Part shown: positions 23,789 through 38,199 of the stretch, piece after piece | Numbering within the stretch: position 1 is the first letter of the stretch | Layout: each line of letters starts with the position of its first letter | Notes under the pieces: model-generated | What the model was told of the DNA's origin: nothing | Databases searched by the model: none | Seen by the model: only the letters and a program-made list of their open reading frames with translations | Assembly (NCBI RefSeq): GCF_964213995.1 | Contig: NC_135830.1 | Coordinates: 744,001-808,000, forward strand | Direction of reading: 5' to 3' | DNA length: 64,000 nucleotides | DNA from: Mustelus asterias | Taxonomy: Eukaryota | Made by a program: the position numbers and the translations under genes

Positions 23789-26377
23789 ACACATTGGAGT
23801 AATCAACCAATGACATTCGTTGAGCAGATTGGAGACAGGTTTCTCAAGAGGAATACGTATTTCTCTTGTACAACCCTACTTTACAATCCAGTTGTGTAAG
23901 GAAATATTGTCTTTGTTTGACATTTTTCTCACAATTGTTAACATAACATAGCATGTTTGAATTAGAGACTGAGACATTTTCAAGAATTGTGTGTACATAG
24001 CTCGCATGCAGAACCCAGAAGAGCACAAGATTGCACCATAGCTTACCATGGGCACATGCTTAGCATACACAATTGTTTCCGACATACTGACAATACTCCA
24101 CCCTTGCAGACACCAAATGGAATCGAAACGCTGAAATGCCCACTGACTAGCTACTCATATTTCTCAAGGAACAGCAAGTTAAATGCTGATTCTTGATTCA
24201 AAGCATGCCCCGAATTCTTCAGGAACCTTGCTATTTTATGATCAAGAGTGCTTCCACGCTCATTTCTCTGAGTATGAGCAAAATTATAACGCATTTTAAG
24301 AGTAACTGTTCACAATAATATAAGGTAGAACCTGCAGCATATCCTGTAAAGCATAATTGCCCAAAGCGAGAAGATAGATTCTCCTCTATATATAATTTTA
24401 GGCACAAATCCTAACTTTTCATGCACTTAGCAATTGTTATGTAAAATGAATGAACGTTATAAATAAGGAATATTTTGTGTTTGCAATACGAATTTTGTGC
24501 ATTCTGCACAATAATTGGCCTTTATATTAGACAATGCGTGACATGTACCTTAACTTTCTGCCTAATATCGTTTGTTGATTTTACCTGAAATTTAATATTT
24601 GCACTGACTTGTCTCAGTGAAATGATATAAATATTATAAATTTTTGCCCAATTGGTGGATGTGTGGGTATTGCATATTCTCTTCAATAGATTTTGTGCTA
24701 ATTGTTGTTTCAAATTTTGATGCAGTATTCTTGTGTCGTCGCAATTTCTAGACTCTCGAAATGTAAAAGATGTAAAATGTAATAAAGTATGTGTTTCGGA
24801 CTGAGATTCTGTGTTACTTTCCATTGAATATACCAGTGTATATCTAACATATGCCTTTCTGGTAAACATCGTGCTTCGATGATTAATTCAGTGAATCTCA
24901 TGCATACACATTGTAAATGCTGAAACATGAAAAACAAATAAAGCACGAACACATAAAGTTTAAGTCAGCAACTAGCTTTGTAAGCCCCATTTATTTGCAC
25001 GGGCCATTTAACGGACCAGCACAGCATAGACTCGGACATGTTGCGTGATCGTTGGTAATAACCTGGAACGTTGAACACATCTATCTATTCGGAAGTATAA
25101 TAGTTATTAAAAGACACTCCATGACTTCAATATCAACACTTACGAGCTCCGCTCTGATAATTATTTTGATAAATTAACAATCTGATTTACTATAGTCCAG
25201 CTTGCACTTCATATAAGCCTTATGGTGCAAATTAAGGACACCGAACCATCGAGCATGCAGCGACAACAATCCCACCCAAGCCTTAACACCGTAATCCCAC
25301 GTATTTAGCCTGCTAATGCCCCTGACACTAAGGGGTATTTTGGCATGGCCAATGAACATAGCCTGTGCATTTTTGTAGTTCGGTAGATTTCAAATTATTA
25401 AGTATGTTTTGCAGGAGCACAACGTGAGGCGAATACGCCATTTTGGAACAGGAATGGGAATGAAGTTCGAATATCAGTGCAGTTGGGAAACATTAATTTG
25501 TTCACGGGTCGTCGCTACGTAGAACATCATTTATTGACCATGTCTAAATAGCCTTTAACGGTGGTGGCGGTCCAGTTCAATGAACTGCTGTGGTCCGTGT
25601 GGTTCAGGCATAACCTCACTGATATTCGGAAGGCCACAAGAAGAGTTTTGTCCAGCAACAACGAATGAAAGGCAAATTATTTGCTGGACAGAAATGTGTC
25701 GGTTGCGGTCATAGAAGATGTCTTAGTGAACCTGGTGTGTTGTTGCAGTGTGCATCTTGTCATGGTGCATACTGCTGATTGAGGGAGTGAATGAATAAAG
25801 TGGTGGAGAGAGTGCCAATCCAGCGGCCACCATTTTGCTGGATGATGTTGGGTTTATTGAATATTGTTGGAGCTGCATTCACACAGGTAATTGATCAGTA
25901 TTCCATCACACTCCTGGGCTGCACTTGTCGATGATGGGGAGTCCTCAGCTGATTTGCTCACAGCACAGTGCACAGACTGTGACATGCTCTTTCTGACAAG
26001 ATCCAATTGGCTGGCCCAGTTCAGTCTCTCACCAGTAGTAATCCCCATAACGTTGATGGTGGGTATTAGCGATTTTTAGGCCATAAAATGGTGGGTGGAG
26101 ATGATTTCATTTTCTATTGTTTAACTAATTTTTAAAGTAAACACGTTTATGTATTTATTGTCACAAGTAGCCTTACGTTAACACTGCAATGAAGTTACTG
26201 TGAAAATCCCCGAGTCTGCACACTCTGGCGTCAGCTGGCGTCCACTGAGGGAAATTTTAGCATGATAAATGCGACTAACCAGCAGGTCTGGAGAAGTTGG
26301 AAATGGCTATTGGCTGACACTTGTATGGAACGAATATTACTTGCCATTCATCAATTCAAACCAGGATATAATTTTAT

Positions 26378-26692
26378 CATATAATCCCTACAGCACGGAA
26401 AGAGGTCATTCTGTCCATCGAGTCTGTACCAACCACAATCCCACCCAGGCCCTATTCCAGTGACCCTCAGTTTCACTGCTAATCCCCCTGACACTAGGGT
26501 CAAAAGAGCAGAGCTGATCAACCTAACCTGCACATCTTTGGGCTGTGAAGTAAACCAGAGCACCCAGAGGAAACCCACACAGACATGGAGAGAAAGTGCA
26601 AACTCCACACAGACAGTGAATCGAGGCCGCATTGAACCTGGGTCCCTGGCGCTGTGAGGCAGCAGGGCTAACCACTGTGACGCCATGCCGCC
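26378..26692 (-). mobile_element. HE1-type SINE
   Basis: Reverse-strand head (ctaaccactgtgacgccatgccgcc) and core. Confidence 0.85.
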
Positions 26693-26896
26693 GTGGCCCC
26701 TATTGTCCACACCTTCCAGAACAGGAAATTGATTGGTTTAGTATTGTCAAGGCCCAAAACATTTTCAGTTTTCCAACACCCCTGATGGCTGCCCAGTTGT
26801 TTAGCAGCTCGATCTATTCAAAATTATTCCCATGATGGTAAGTGTCATACCAGCATTTTCTCTGTTAAGTCTGTTTTTCAAGATATTGTTCCATTG

Positions 26897-29800
26897 GAGC
26901 AAGCTGAGAGGGAGTGATTGGAGGCAGCAGTGCTGGTGAGAGATTAATTGAATTGTTTATTTATTTCATTAGTCAGCTAGTGTGTGTTTTATTTTGGCCT
27001 TTACTTTTGCAGCAGTATTTTAAGTTTAAAGTGAAAACTGGAAGTGGGCTGCTAAGGAGTCTGGGAAGGGTTTTTTAAGCGCGTGAAGTATAAAAGGGAG
27101 GCTGCAGTATACAGCGGGCAGCGTCGGGAGCGGGCAGTGGAGTGCGTGGGAAGCAGAGTGTGAGCTATAAGGCTTTGGCTCACAGGGCTTAGGCAGAAAG
27201 GGCGAGCAGGGGTGAGTTTAATTCATTTTTGCTGTTTCTACCTGGTACTGGCAAGGTAGCTAGAGGGGATGGGTGTGCAGGGCTATGTTCCTCTTGTACT
27301 ATGTTTGAGGTGAGGGACGACGACAGTGTCCCTGCTGATTACATCTGTGGGAAGTGCACCCATCTGCCGCTCCTCCAAAACCGTGTTAGGGAACTAGAGC
27401 TGGAGTTGGATGAACTTAGGATCATTAGGGACGCAGAGGTGGCCATAGACAGAAGCTTTAGGAATACAGTTACTCCGAGGAATGAAAACAGATGGGTGAC
27501 GGTGAGAGGGGCTGGGAGGAAGCAGTCCGTGCAGGGATCCCCGGTGGTCGTTCACCTTAGCAACAAGTATTCCGCTTTGGATACGGTTGAGGGGGATAAC
27601 ATACCAGTGGTGAGCCGCAGTGAGAGGATCTCCAGCACTGTGTCGTCTCTGTGGCTCGGGAGGGTAAGGGGCAGAGCTGGAGGGCAAGAGTTATTGGGGA
27701 CTCGTTAGTTAGAGGGATAGACAGGAGGTTCTGTGGCAGCAAAAGAGACTCACGGATGGTATGTTGCCTACCGGATGCCAAGGTCCGTGACGTCTCAGAC
27801 CGTGTTTTCCGGACTCTGAAGTGGGAGGGGAAACAGTCACAAGTCGTGGTACACATTGGTACCAATGACATAGATAAGAGAAGGGACGGGGATTTAAATC
27901 AGGAATTCCTGGAGCTGGGCTGGAAGCTGAGAGCCAAGACAAAACATGTGGTCATCTCTGGTACGTTGCTGGTGCCACGTGATAGCGAGTTGAGGAACAG
28001 GGAAAGAGTGCAGTCAAACATGTGGTTGCAGGGATGATGTAGGAGGGAGGGCTTCAGATACGTGGATAATTGGAACACATTCTGGGGGAGGTGGGACCAG
28101 TACAAACAGGACGGGGTGCACCTGAACCAGAGGGGCACCAATATCCTAGGAGGGAAATTTGTTACGTCTCTTCAGGGGGGTTTAAACTAATTTGTCAGGG
28201 GAGTGGGAAAAGGAGTTGTAGTCCAGAAGTCAGTGAGGGTGGTGAGGTATTGGGGAAGGTATCAGGGTCAAGGGTGGGTACCGGTAGACAGGAAGGTGGG
28301 TTGAAGTGTGTCTACTTCAATGCAAGGAGCATCCGGAACAAGGTAGATGAACTTGGGGCGTGGATTGGTACTTAGGACTACGATGTGGTGGCCATTACGG
28401 AGACGTGGGTAGAACAAGGACAGGAATGGTTGTTGGACATTCCGGGGTATAAATGTTTCACTAAGTGTAGGGAAGCTGGTAAAAGAGGTGGAGGAGTGGC
28501 ATTGTTAATCAAGGATAGTTTAACGGCTGCGGAAAGGCACTTCGAGGGGGATCTGCACACTGAGGTAATATGGGCTGAGGTTAGAAATAGGAAAGGAGCG
28601 GTCACGTTGTTAGGAGTTTACTATAGGCCCCCAAATAGTAATAGAGATGTGGAGGAAGAAATTGCTAAGCAGATTATGGATATGTGTGGGGGTCACAGGG
28701 TAGTTGTCATGGGGGACTTTAACTTTCCAAATATTGATTGGAACCTTTGTAGCTCAAATAGTTCGGATGGGGCAGTTTTTGTGCAGTGTGTGCAGGAGGG
28801 TTTCCTGACACAATATGTGGATAGGCCGACAAGAGGTGAGGCCACATTGGATTTGGTACTGGGAAATGAACCGGGCCAACTGTTAGATTTGGTTGTGGGA
28901 GAGCACTTTGGAGATAGTGACCACAATTCGGTGTCTTTTGTTATTGCAATGGAGAGGGATAGGGCCGTACGTCAGGGCAAGGTTTACAATTGGGGGAGAG
29001 GTAATTATGATGCGATTAGGCAAGAATTAGGGGGCATAAATTGGGAACAGAAACTGTCAGAGAAAGGAACTGATGAAAAGTGGAACTTTTTCAAGGAACA
29101 AAGACTGGATGTCCTTGATAGGTATGTCCCTGTCAGGCAGGGAGGAAATGGCCGAGTGAGGGAACCATGGTTCACGAAAGAGGTGGAATGTCTTGTGAAA
29201 AGGAAGAGGGAAGCTTATGTAGGGATGAGGAAACAAGGTTCAGATGGCTCGATTGAGGGTTACAAGTTAGCAAGGAATGAGCTGCAAAAGGGGCTTAGGA
29301 GAGCTATGAGGGGACATGAGAAGTGCTTGGCAGGTCGGATCAAGGAAAACCCCAAGGCTTTTTACTCTTATGTGAGGAATAAAAGAATGACCAGGGTGAG
29401 GTTAGGGCCGGTCAAGGGCAGTAGTGGGAACTTGTGTATGGAGTCAGTAGAGATAGGCGAGGTGATGAATGAATACTTTTCTTAAGTGTTCACCAAGGAG
29501 AGGGGCCATGTTTTTGAGGAACAGAAGGTGTTACAGGCTAATAGGCTGGAGGAAATAGATGTTCGGAGGGAGGATGTCCTGGCAGTTTTGAATAAACTGA
29601 AGGTCGATAAGTCCCCTGGGCCTGATGAAATGTATCCTAGGATTCTTTGGGAGACAAGGGATGAGATTGCAGAGTCTTTGGCTTTGATCTTTGGGTCCTC
29701 GCTGTCCACGGGGATGGTGCCAGAGGACTGGAGAATGGCGAATGTTGTTCCTCTGTTTAAGAATGGGAATAGAAATTACCCTGGTAATTATAGACCGGTT

Positions 29801-31990
29801 AGTCTTACTTTGGTGGTTGGTAAATTGATGGAAAAGTCCCTTAGAGATGGGATTTACGACCATTTAGAAAGATGCGGATTAATCTGGGGGAGTCAGCACG
29901 GATTCGTGAAGGGCAAGTCGTGCCTCACAAATTTGATAGAATTTTTTGAGGAGGTAACTAAATGTGTTGATGAAGGTAGGGCAGTTGATGTCATATACAT
30001 GGATTTTAGGAAGGCATTTGATAAGGTCCCCCATGGTCGGCTTATGATGAAAGTGAGGAGGTGTGGGATAGAGGGAAAGTTGGCCGATTGGATAGGTAAC
30101 TGGCTGTCTGATCGAAGACAGAGGGGGTGGTGGATGGAAAATTTTCGGATTGGAGGCAGGTTGCTAGCGGAGTGCCGCAGGGATCAGTGCTTGGTCCTCT
30201 GCTCTTTGTGATTTTTATTAATGACTTAGAGGAGGGGGCTGAAGGGTGGATCAGTAAATTTGCTGATGACACCAAGATTGGTGGAGTAGTGGATGAGGTG
30301 GAGGGCTGTTGTAGGCTGCAAAGAGACATAGATATGATGCAAAGCTGGGCTGAACAATGGCAAATGGCGTTTAACCCTGATGAATGTGAGGTGATTCATT
30401 TTGGTAGGACTAATTTAAATGTGGATTACAGGGTCAAAGGTAGGGTTCTGAAGACTGTGGAGGAACAGAGAGATCTTGGGGTCCATATCCACAGATCTCT
30501 AAAGGTTGCCACTCAAGTGGATAGAGCTGTGAAGAAGGCCTATAGTGTGTTAGCTTTTATTAACAGGGGGTTGGAGTTTAAGAGCCGTGGGGTTATGCTG
30601 CAACTGTACAGGACCTTGGTGAGACCGCATTTGGAATATTGTGTGCAGTTCTGGTCACCTCACTATAAGAAGGATGTGGAAGCGCTGGAAAGAGTGCAAA
30701 GGAGATTTACCAGGATGCTGCCTGGTTTGGAGGGTAGGTCTTATGAGGAAAGGTTGAGGGAGCTAGGGCTGTTCTCTCTGGAACGGAGGAGGCTGAGGGG
30801 AGACTTAATAGAGGTTTATAAAATGATGAAGGTTATAGATAGAGTGAACGTTCAAAGACTATTTCCTCGGGTGGATGGAGCTATTACAAGGGGGCATAGC
30901 TATAGGGTTCGTGGTGGGAGATATAGAACATAGAACATAGAACATAGAACATTACAGCACAGAACAGGCCCTTCGGCCCACGATGTTGTGCCGACCTTCA
31001 TCTGAAACCAAGATCAAGCTATCCCACTCCCTACCATCCTGGTGTGCTCCATGTGCCTATCCAATAACCGCTTAAATGTTCCTAAAGTGTCTGACTCCAC
31101 TATCACTGCAGGCAGTCCATTCCACACCCCAACCACTCTCTGCGTGAAGAACCTACCTCTGATATCCTTCCTATATCTCCCACCATGAACCCTATAGTTA
31201 TGCCCCCTTGTAATAGCTCCATCCACCCGAGGAAATAGTCTTTGAACGTTCACTCGATCTATCCCCTTCATCATTTTATAAACCTCTATTAAGTCTCCCC
31301 TCAATCTCCTCCGCTCCAGAGAGAATAGCCCCAGCTCCCTCAACCTTTCCTCATAAGACCGACACTCCAAACCAGGCAGCATCCTGGTAAATCTCCTCTG
31401 CACTCTTTCCAGCGCTTCCACATCCTTCTTATAGTGAGGTGACCAGAACTGCACGCAATATTCCAAATGCGGTCTCACCAAGGTCCTGTACAGTTGCAGC
31501 ATAACCCCACGGCTCTTAAACTCCAACCCCCTGTTAATAAAAGCTAACACACTATATGCCTTCTTCACAGCTCTATCCACTTGAGTGGCAACCTTTAGAG
31601 ATCTGTGGATATGGACCCCAAGATCTCTCTGTTCCTCCACAGTCTTCAGAACCCTACCTTTGACCCTGTAATCCACATTTAAATTAGTCCTACCAAAATG
31701 AATCACCTCACATTTATCAGGGTTAAACTCCATTTGCCATTTTTCATATAGGAAGGATATCAGAGGTAGGTTCTTTACGCAGAGAGTGGTTGGGGTGTGG
31801 AATGGACTGCCTGCAGTGATAGTGGAGTCAGACACTTTAGGAACATTTAAGCGCTTATTGGATAGGCACATGGAGCACACCAGGATGATAGGGAGTGGGA
31901 TAGCTTGATCTTGGTTTCAGATAAAGCTCGGCACAACATCGTGGGCCGAAGGGCCTGTTCTGTGCTGTACTGTTCTATGTTCTATGTTCT
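26897..31990 (+). mobile_element. near full-length CR1/HER1-type LINE, inactivated (5'UTR, ORF1, ORF2, tail)
   Basis: ORF1 ~27269-28188 has CxxC..CxxC, a leucine zipper and SGNH esterase motifs (VIGDS, HIGTND, DGVHLN), with frameshifts. ORF2 ~28190-30930 has APE (AITETW, GDFN, SDHN) and RT ([14 protein letters not shown]), with stops at 28373 and 29483 and a frameshift ~30125. (TTCTATG)n tail ends ~31990. Confidence 0.95.
30927..31745 (-). mobile_element. 5'-truncated CR1 copy nested antisense inside the full-length copy
   Basis: Begins with a (CATAGAA)n reverse tail. TSD ATATAG at 30921 and 31746. Sequence nearly identical to the host 3' region. Confidence 0.93.
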
Positions 31991-32812
31991 ATATGTTTTA
32001 GATTACCATTCACTCTCCGGAATCTTCAAAACTGTGTGCTCATTCAGAAGTTTATTTGACTTTAAAGTCTCTGTCACATTCAAAAGCTGCCTCAATGTGT
32101 CTTATTTACTATTGCTGAAAGCAAAATTGGCAGTTGCAACTTTTGAGTTATTCATCTGCTCTCTACAGAAGCACAGGATTGAGCCAACAGCTTCAGAGTT
32201 GCCCTGCAAGGAAGAATCAGTGTGAAAATTTAGTGCAAGGGGGACCTCGAGGCTGAGGAACAAGAACCAATGTTTTTTTCTGTATAATTACGGAGCCTCT
32301 TGCAGCTGGTAGGTGTTGTTCTTTTGGCTGAAAAATATAGGGTGTTAGATTGCTATTAGTTTAGCTGTAGAATTTAATTACTGATTGATTATTATGTTAG
32401 CCAGACAATGCAGTGACAGTGGTGTACCGTGACGGAAGTACGCTGGAATCTGTGGAAAGCCTTGTTCTGCCAGAAATCCAGCTATCTGCTGGTTGAACAA
32501 CTTTGCTGCAGTTCCGTTGGATACTGTTGCACGTTCTTCATTGCACAAACAGGTTCAACTCATGAAGAGGATTGTTCGCAACTCAAGTCTGTTATTTCAT
32601 TTGAAGTGATAAAAACAATTCGAGTACAACAATTTTGTCTAAGTTGTACCAAAACAAGCAGGAATCTGTGACAGTGCAATTGTGGAGCATCACAGAAGGA
32701 GAAGGTGAGCTGGACATTGTCTTCGAGGAGGCACTCGCACCTCTTTGTGAGTTAGAAAGTTAGAGTTTGTGGATGATGCCGACAGGTCTTGCACGAAATT
32801 TCCAAAAAACAG

Positions 32813-34834
32813 ACTGTACGTATCTGTCAGGCAGGGAGGAAGCAGTCGTGTGAGGCAACCGTGGTTTACTAAGGAGGTTGAATCTCTTGTGAAGAGGAAG
32901 AAGGAGACTTATGTAAATATGAGACGTGTAGGCTCAGTTAGGGCACTTGAGAGTCACAAGTTAGCCAGGAAGGACCTAAAGAAAGAGTTAAGAAGAGCCA
33001 GGAGGGGACATGAGAAGTCTTCGGCAGGTCGGATCAAGAAAAACCCTAAAGCTTTCTATAGGTATGTCAGGAGTAAAAGAATGACTAGGGTAAGATTAGG
33101 GCCAGTCAAGGACAGTAGTGGGAAGTTGTGCGTGGAGTCTGAAGAGATAGGAGAGGCACTAAATGAATATTTTTCTTCGGTATTCACACAGGAGAGGGAC
33201 AGTGTTGTCGAGGGGAATACTGAGATGCAGGCTGTTGGACTGGATGGGATTAAGGTTCATAAGGAGGAGGTGTTAGCAAATCTGGAAAGGGTAAGAATAG
33301 ATTAGTCCCCTGGGCTGGATGAGATTTATCCTCGGATTCTCTGGGAGGCTCGAGAGGAGATTGCAGAGCCTTTGGCTTTGATCTTTGTGTCGTCATTGTC
33401 GACAGGAACAGTGCCAGAAGACTGGAGGACAGCAAATGTTGTCCCCTTGTTCAAGAAGGAGAGTAGGGACAACCCTGATAATTATAGACCGGTGAGCCTT
33501 ACTTCTGTTGTGGGCAAAGTTTTGGAAAGGAATATCAGAGATGGGATTTATAATCACCTGGAAAGGAATAATTTGATTAGGGATAGTCAGCACAGTTTTG
33601 TGAAGGGTAGGTCGTGCCTCACAAACCTTATTGAGTTCTTTGAGAAGGTGACCAAAGAGGTGGATGAGGGTAAAGCGGTTGATGTGGTGTATATGGATTT
33701 CAGCAAAGCGTTTGATCAGGTTCCTCATGGTAAGCTTTTGCAGAAAATACGGACACATGGGATTGAGGGTGATTTAGTGGTTTGGAGCAGGAATTGGCTA
33801 GCTGTAGGAAAACAGAGGGTGGTGCTTGATGGGAAATATTCATTCTGGAGTTCAGTTACTAGTGGTGTACCGCAAGGATCTGTTTTGGGGCCACTGCTGT
33901 TTGTTATTTTTATTAATGACCTGGATGAGGGCGTAGAAGGATGGATGACACTAAAGTCGGTGGAGTTGTAGACAGTGTGGAGGGAAGTGGCAGGTTACAG
34001 AGGGACATAAATAAACTGCAGAGCTGGGCTGAGAGGTGGCAAATGGAGTTTAATGCGGAAAAGTGTGAGGTGATTCACTTTGGAAGGAGTAACAGGAATA
34101 CAGAGTACTGGGCTAATGGTAAGATACTTGGTAGTGTGGATGAACAGAGGGATCTGGGTGTCCATGTGCATAGATCCCTGAAAGCTGGCACCCAGGTTGA
34201 TAGGGCTGTTAAGAAGGCATACCGTGTGTCAGCTTTTATTGGTGGAGGGATTGAGTTTCGGAGCCAGGAGGTCATGCTGCAACTGTACAAAATTCTGGTG
34301 CGGCCGCACTTGGAGTATTGCGTACAGTTCTGGTTGCTGCAATATAGGAAAGATGTGGAAGTGTTGGAAAGGGTGCAGAGGAGATTTTCCAGGATGTTGC
34401 CTGGTATGGTGGGAAAATCGTATGAGGAAAGGCTGAGGGGCTTGAGGTTGTTTTCGTTAGAGAGAAGAAGGTTAAGAGATGACTTAATAGAGGCATACAA
34501 GATGATCAGAGGATTAGATAGGGTTGATAGTGAGAGCCTTTTTCCTCGGATGATGATGGCTAACACGAGGGGACATAGCTTTAAATTGAGGGGTGAGAGA
34601 TATAGGACAGATGTTAGAGGTAGGTTCTTAACTCAGAGAGTAGAAAGGGCGTGGAATGCCCTGCCTGCAGCAATAGTGGACTCGTCAACATTGAAAGCAT
34701 TCAAATGGTTATTGGATAAACACATGGATAATATTGGAATAGTGTAGATTAGAGGGGCTTTAGATTGGTTTCACTGGTCGGCGCAACATCGAGGGCCGAA
34801 GGGCCTGTACTGCGCTGGAATGTTCTATGTTCTA
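32813..34834 (+). mobile_element. 5'-truncated CR1 LINE (ORF2 RT region)
   Basis: [27 protein letters not shown] deletion at ~33945 removes ISKFA. Tail tgttctatgttcta. Confidence 0.93.
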
Positions 34835-34991
34835 AGCACTGCAGTTGCCACATGCAGCTGTGAATGCTGGTAGACAATTAAACAACTCACTGGAGGCGGA
34901 GGCTTCACTAATTGCCGCATCCACAATGATGGAGCAGACCAGCACTTGCGAAAGATAAAGCTAAAGCGCTTGCAACAATCTTCAGCCAGAT

Positions 34992-35599
34992 AGAACAGAG
35001 AACATAGAACAGTGCAGCACAGAACAGGCCCTCCGGCCCACGATGTTGTGCCGAGCTTTGTCTGAAACCCAGATCAAGTATTTCCTCCCTATCATCCCGA
35101 AGTACTCCATGTGCCTATCCAATAGCTTCTTAAATGTTCCTAAAGTTTCGAACTCCATTATCCCTGCAGGCAGTCTATTCCACACCCCAACCATTCTCTG
35201 AGTAAAAAACCTACCTCGGACATCCTTCCTATATCTCCCACCATGAACACTATAGTTATGCCCCCTAGTTACCACTCCATTCACCCGAGGAAATAGTCTT
35301 TGAACGTTCACTCTATCTATCCCCCTCATCATCTTATAAACCTCTATCAAGTCTCCTCTCAACCTCCTTCGCTCCAAAGAGAAAAGCCCAAGTTCCCTCA
35401 ACCTTTCCTCATAAGACCTACCCTCCAAACCAGGCAGCATCCTGGTAAATCTCCTCTGCACTCTTTCCAGTGTCTCCACATCCTTCTTATAGTGAGGTGA
35501 CCAGAACTGAACACAATATTCCAAATGTGGTCTCACCAAGGTCCTGTACAGTTGCAGCATAACCCCACGGCTCTTAAACTCAAACCCCCTGTTAATGAA
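34992..35599 (-). mobile_element. CR1 3' fragment
   Basis: ORF 34982-35617 is the CR1 C-terminus. TSD CAGAT at 34987 and 35600. Confidence 0.92.
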
Positions 35600-36504
35600 C
35601 AGATGTGCCGAGTACATGATTCATGTTGGCCTCCTTGGGAGGTCACCAGCATCACAGATGTAAGTCTTCAGCCATTTTGATTCTTAAGCCATTTCGATAT
35701 CAATAACCAATAAAGGCACTGGAGACCAGAGGATGTGGACCCTCAAAATGTTCCAGCAATAGTGGTAAAGACTTGAGCTTCCGAAGTTTCGGTGTCCCTA
35801 GCTGAGCTGTTCCTCTACCGCTGCAATTCCATCTGTGTGGAAATGTGGAAAATTGTCAGTCACCTCTCGTACAGAATAAAGAGGAGAAATCTAACCCGGC
35901 CAATTAACGATCATGAGTTTACAGTCGATCATCAGTAAAGTGATGAAATGGGTCATTAACAGTGTTCTCAAGAACACTGACTGAGAAATAAGCTGCTGAC
36001 AGAAGCTCAGTTTGGGTCCTGTCGGGATCACTCAGCTCCTAATATCATTCAAGTTTAAAGTTTATTCATTAGTGTCACAAATAGGCTTACATTAACATTG
36101 CAATTAAGTTGCTGTGAAAATACCCAAAATAGTCTTAGTTCAAAAATGCACAAAACAGCTGATTACCAGACGAGAGGTGATGTTGATTGCACTTAGCATC
36201 AAGGCAGCATTTGACAGAGTATGGCATCAAGGAGAATGAGTAAAAGATGTGACAATGGAAATTGAGGGGGCTCTGCTGGTTCAAGTTTTCTTGGAACCAA
36301 GGCAGATGGTTGTGGTGACTGACAGCCAATTATATCAGCTCCAGGTCATCATCGTAGCATTCCTCAGGTTATTGTCTCAGGCCAAACTATCTTCAGCTGC
36401 TTCATCAATGACCTTCCTTCCATCATAAGGTCAGAAGAGTGGGTGTTCACTGATGATTGCACAACGTTCAATATTATCCATGGCTTCTCAGATACTGAAG
36501 CAGT

Positions 36505-36667
36505 CATAGAAATCATAGAAACCCTACAGTGCAGAAGGAGGCCGTTCGGCCCATCGAGTCTGCACCGACCACAATTCCACCCAGGCCCTACGCCCACATA
36601 TTTACCCACTAATCCCACGCATCTCAGGGGCAATTTTTAACCTGGCCAATCAACCTAACCCGCACAT
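36505..36667 (-). mobile_element. 5'-truncated HE1-type SINE
   Basis: catagaaatcatagaaaccctacagtgcagaaggaggcc tail plus the 3' half of the SINE. Confidence 0.85.
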
Positions 36668-37232
36668 CGATGTCCAAAAATCGCAAAGCATGGGAATATC
36701 CAGGCTTGGGCTGACAAGTCGCAATATTCGTACTATTCAGATGGCAGGCAATAAAAATGTCCAACATGAGAGGTCGAAACATTGCCTTTTGGTATTCAAT
36801 GCCATTCCCATCGCTGAATTCCCCACTATCAACATCCTTTTGCTTACCACTGACCAGAAACTGAACTGGATTAACCATATACAATTTGTTGCTAATAGAG
36901 CAGGTAAAGGGCTAAGAATCCTGAGGTGAGTATCTCACATCCTGAATCCCCAAACCCTGTCCACTATCCACAATGTACAAGTCCGAATTGCAGTAGGATA
37001 CTCTCCAGTTGCTTGGATGAGTGCAGCTCCAACAAGAGTAAATGAAATGACATTATTCAGGAAGAATCAGCCCGCTTGACACCCCACCCACAAACATTGA
37101 ACCCCTCCATCACTGCCGAACCATGCAAAAGGTGTGTACCATCTGTAAGTTGCACTGCAGAAACTCACCCAGGATAATTCGGCAGAACCTTGCAAACCCG
37201 TGACGAATGCCATCTGAAAGGGTATGAACAGC

Positions 37233-37550
37233 AGGGCGGCACGGTGGCACAGTGGTTAGCACTGCATCCTCACAGCGCCAGGGACCCATGTTCAATTCCT
37301 GGCTTGGGCAACTGTACGTATGGAGTTTGCACATTTTCCCTATGTCTGTGTGCGTATCATCTGGGTGTCCCGTTTCCTCCAACAGTTCAAAGATGTGCAG
37401 GTCCTGTGAACTGGCCATGCTAAATTTCCCCCTGGTGTCAGGGAGATTAGCAGGTTTAATGCATGGGTTTAAGGGGACCTTGCTAGGATGGGATTGCTGT
37501 CGGTGCAGGGTCGATGGGCCGAATGGCCTCCTTTTGCATTGTAGGTTTTC
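37233..37550 (+). mobile_element. HE1-type SINE
   Basis: gggcggcacggtggcacagtggttagcactgc head and core. Confidence 0.85.
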
Positions 37551-38199
37551 CAAGTTACTCGGGAGCACAAGCAAAAGGTTCCCCTCCGAGTCACCCACCA
37601 TTTTGACGTGAAAATATATTGTCATTTCCTCACTGTTGCTGAGTCAAAATCCTGGAATTCCATCTCTCAGGCCACAATGGTGTAACTACACCTCAGGGAC
37701 TGCAGTGGTTCAAGATTGCACTTCATGACCTGCTTCTCAACGGTACCTAAGGATTGATAATGAATGGTGGCCTAGCTTCAGCCACATCTCGCAAAAGAAT
37801 AATAAAGAGTGCCTGGCTGGCCTCCCCAGCAATTCTCAACTCACACGCAACCATTGCAAAAACTTGCAACGTGCTGCACTGATGTCCTTTTAAATATCTA
37901 ACAGCAAGTCATCTAAGCTTACGTCATATGTCGATTACGGTTTAATTTGCAACTATGTTAGAACTGGATTATATAGCATTCAAACATTGAATATGTAAGT
38001 ACATGAATAAGTTAATGATGCACCACTGAGAAAAGCTAATCGTCTGTTTGACGAGAGAAATGAATGGAGAGGGAGAGAGAGAGATGGAGGATGGAGGAGA
38101 TGCACAACAGATACTTTTGTACACTGTAAATAGTTATGAAATAGTACTAATAATTAAGTTTGAAATAGTATGAGTGTATGTCTGCAGTCGGTGGTGACG

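Larger units (their letters stand above)
34840..37790 (+). mobile_element. old degenerate non-LTR retrotransposon (CR1/L2 group) hosting younger insertions
   Basis: RT remnants IKAAFDRVWHQG (~36200) and VFTDDCT (~36445). Interrupted at 34992, 36505 and 37233. Confidence 0.7.
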
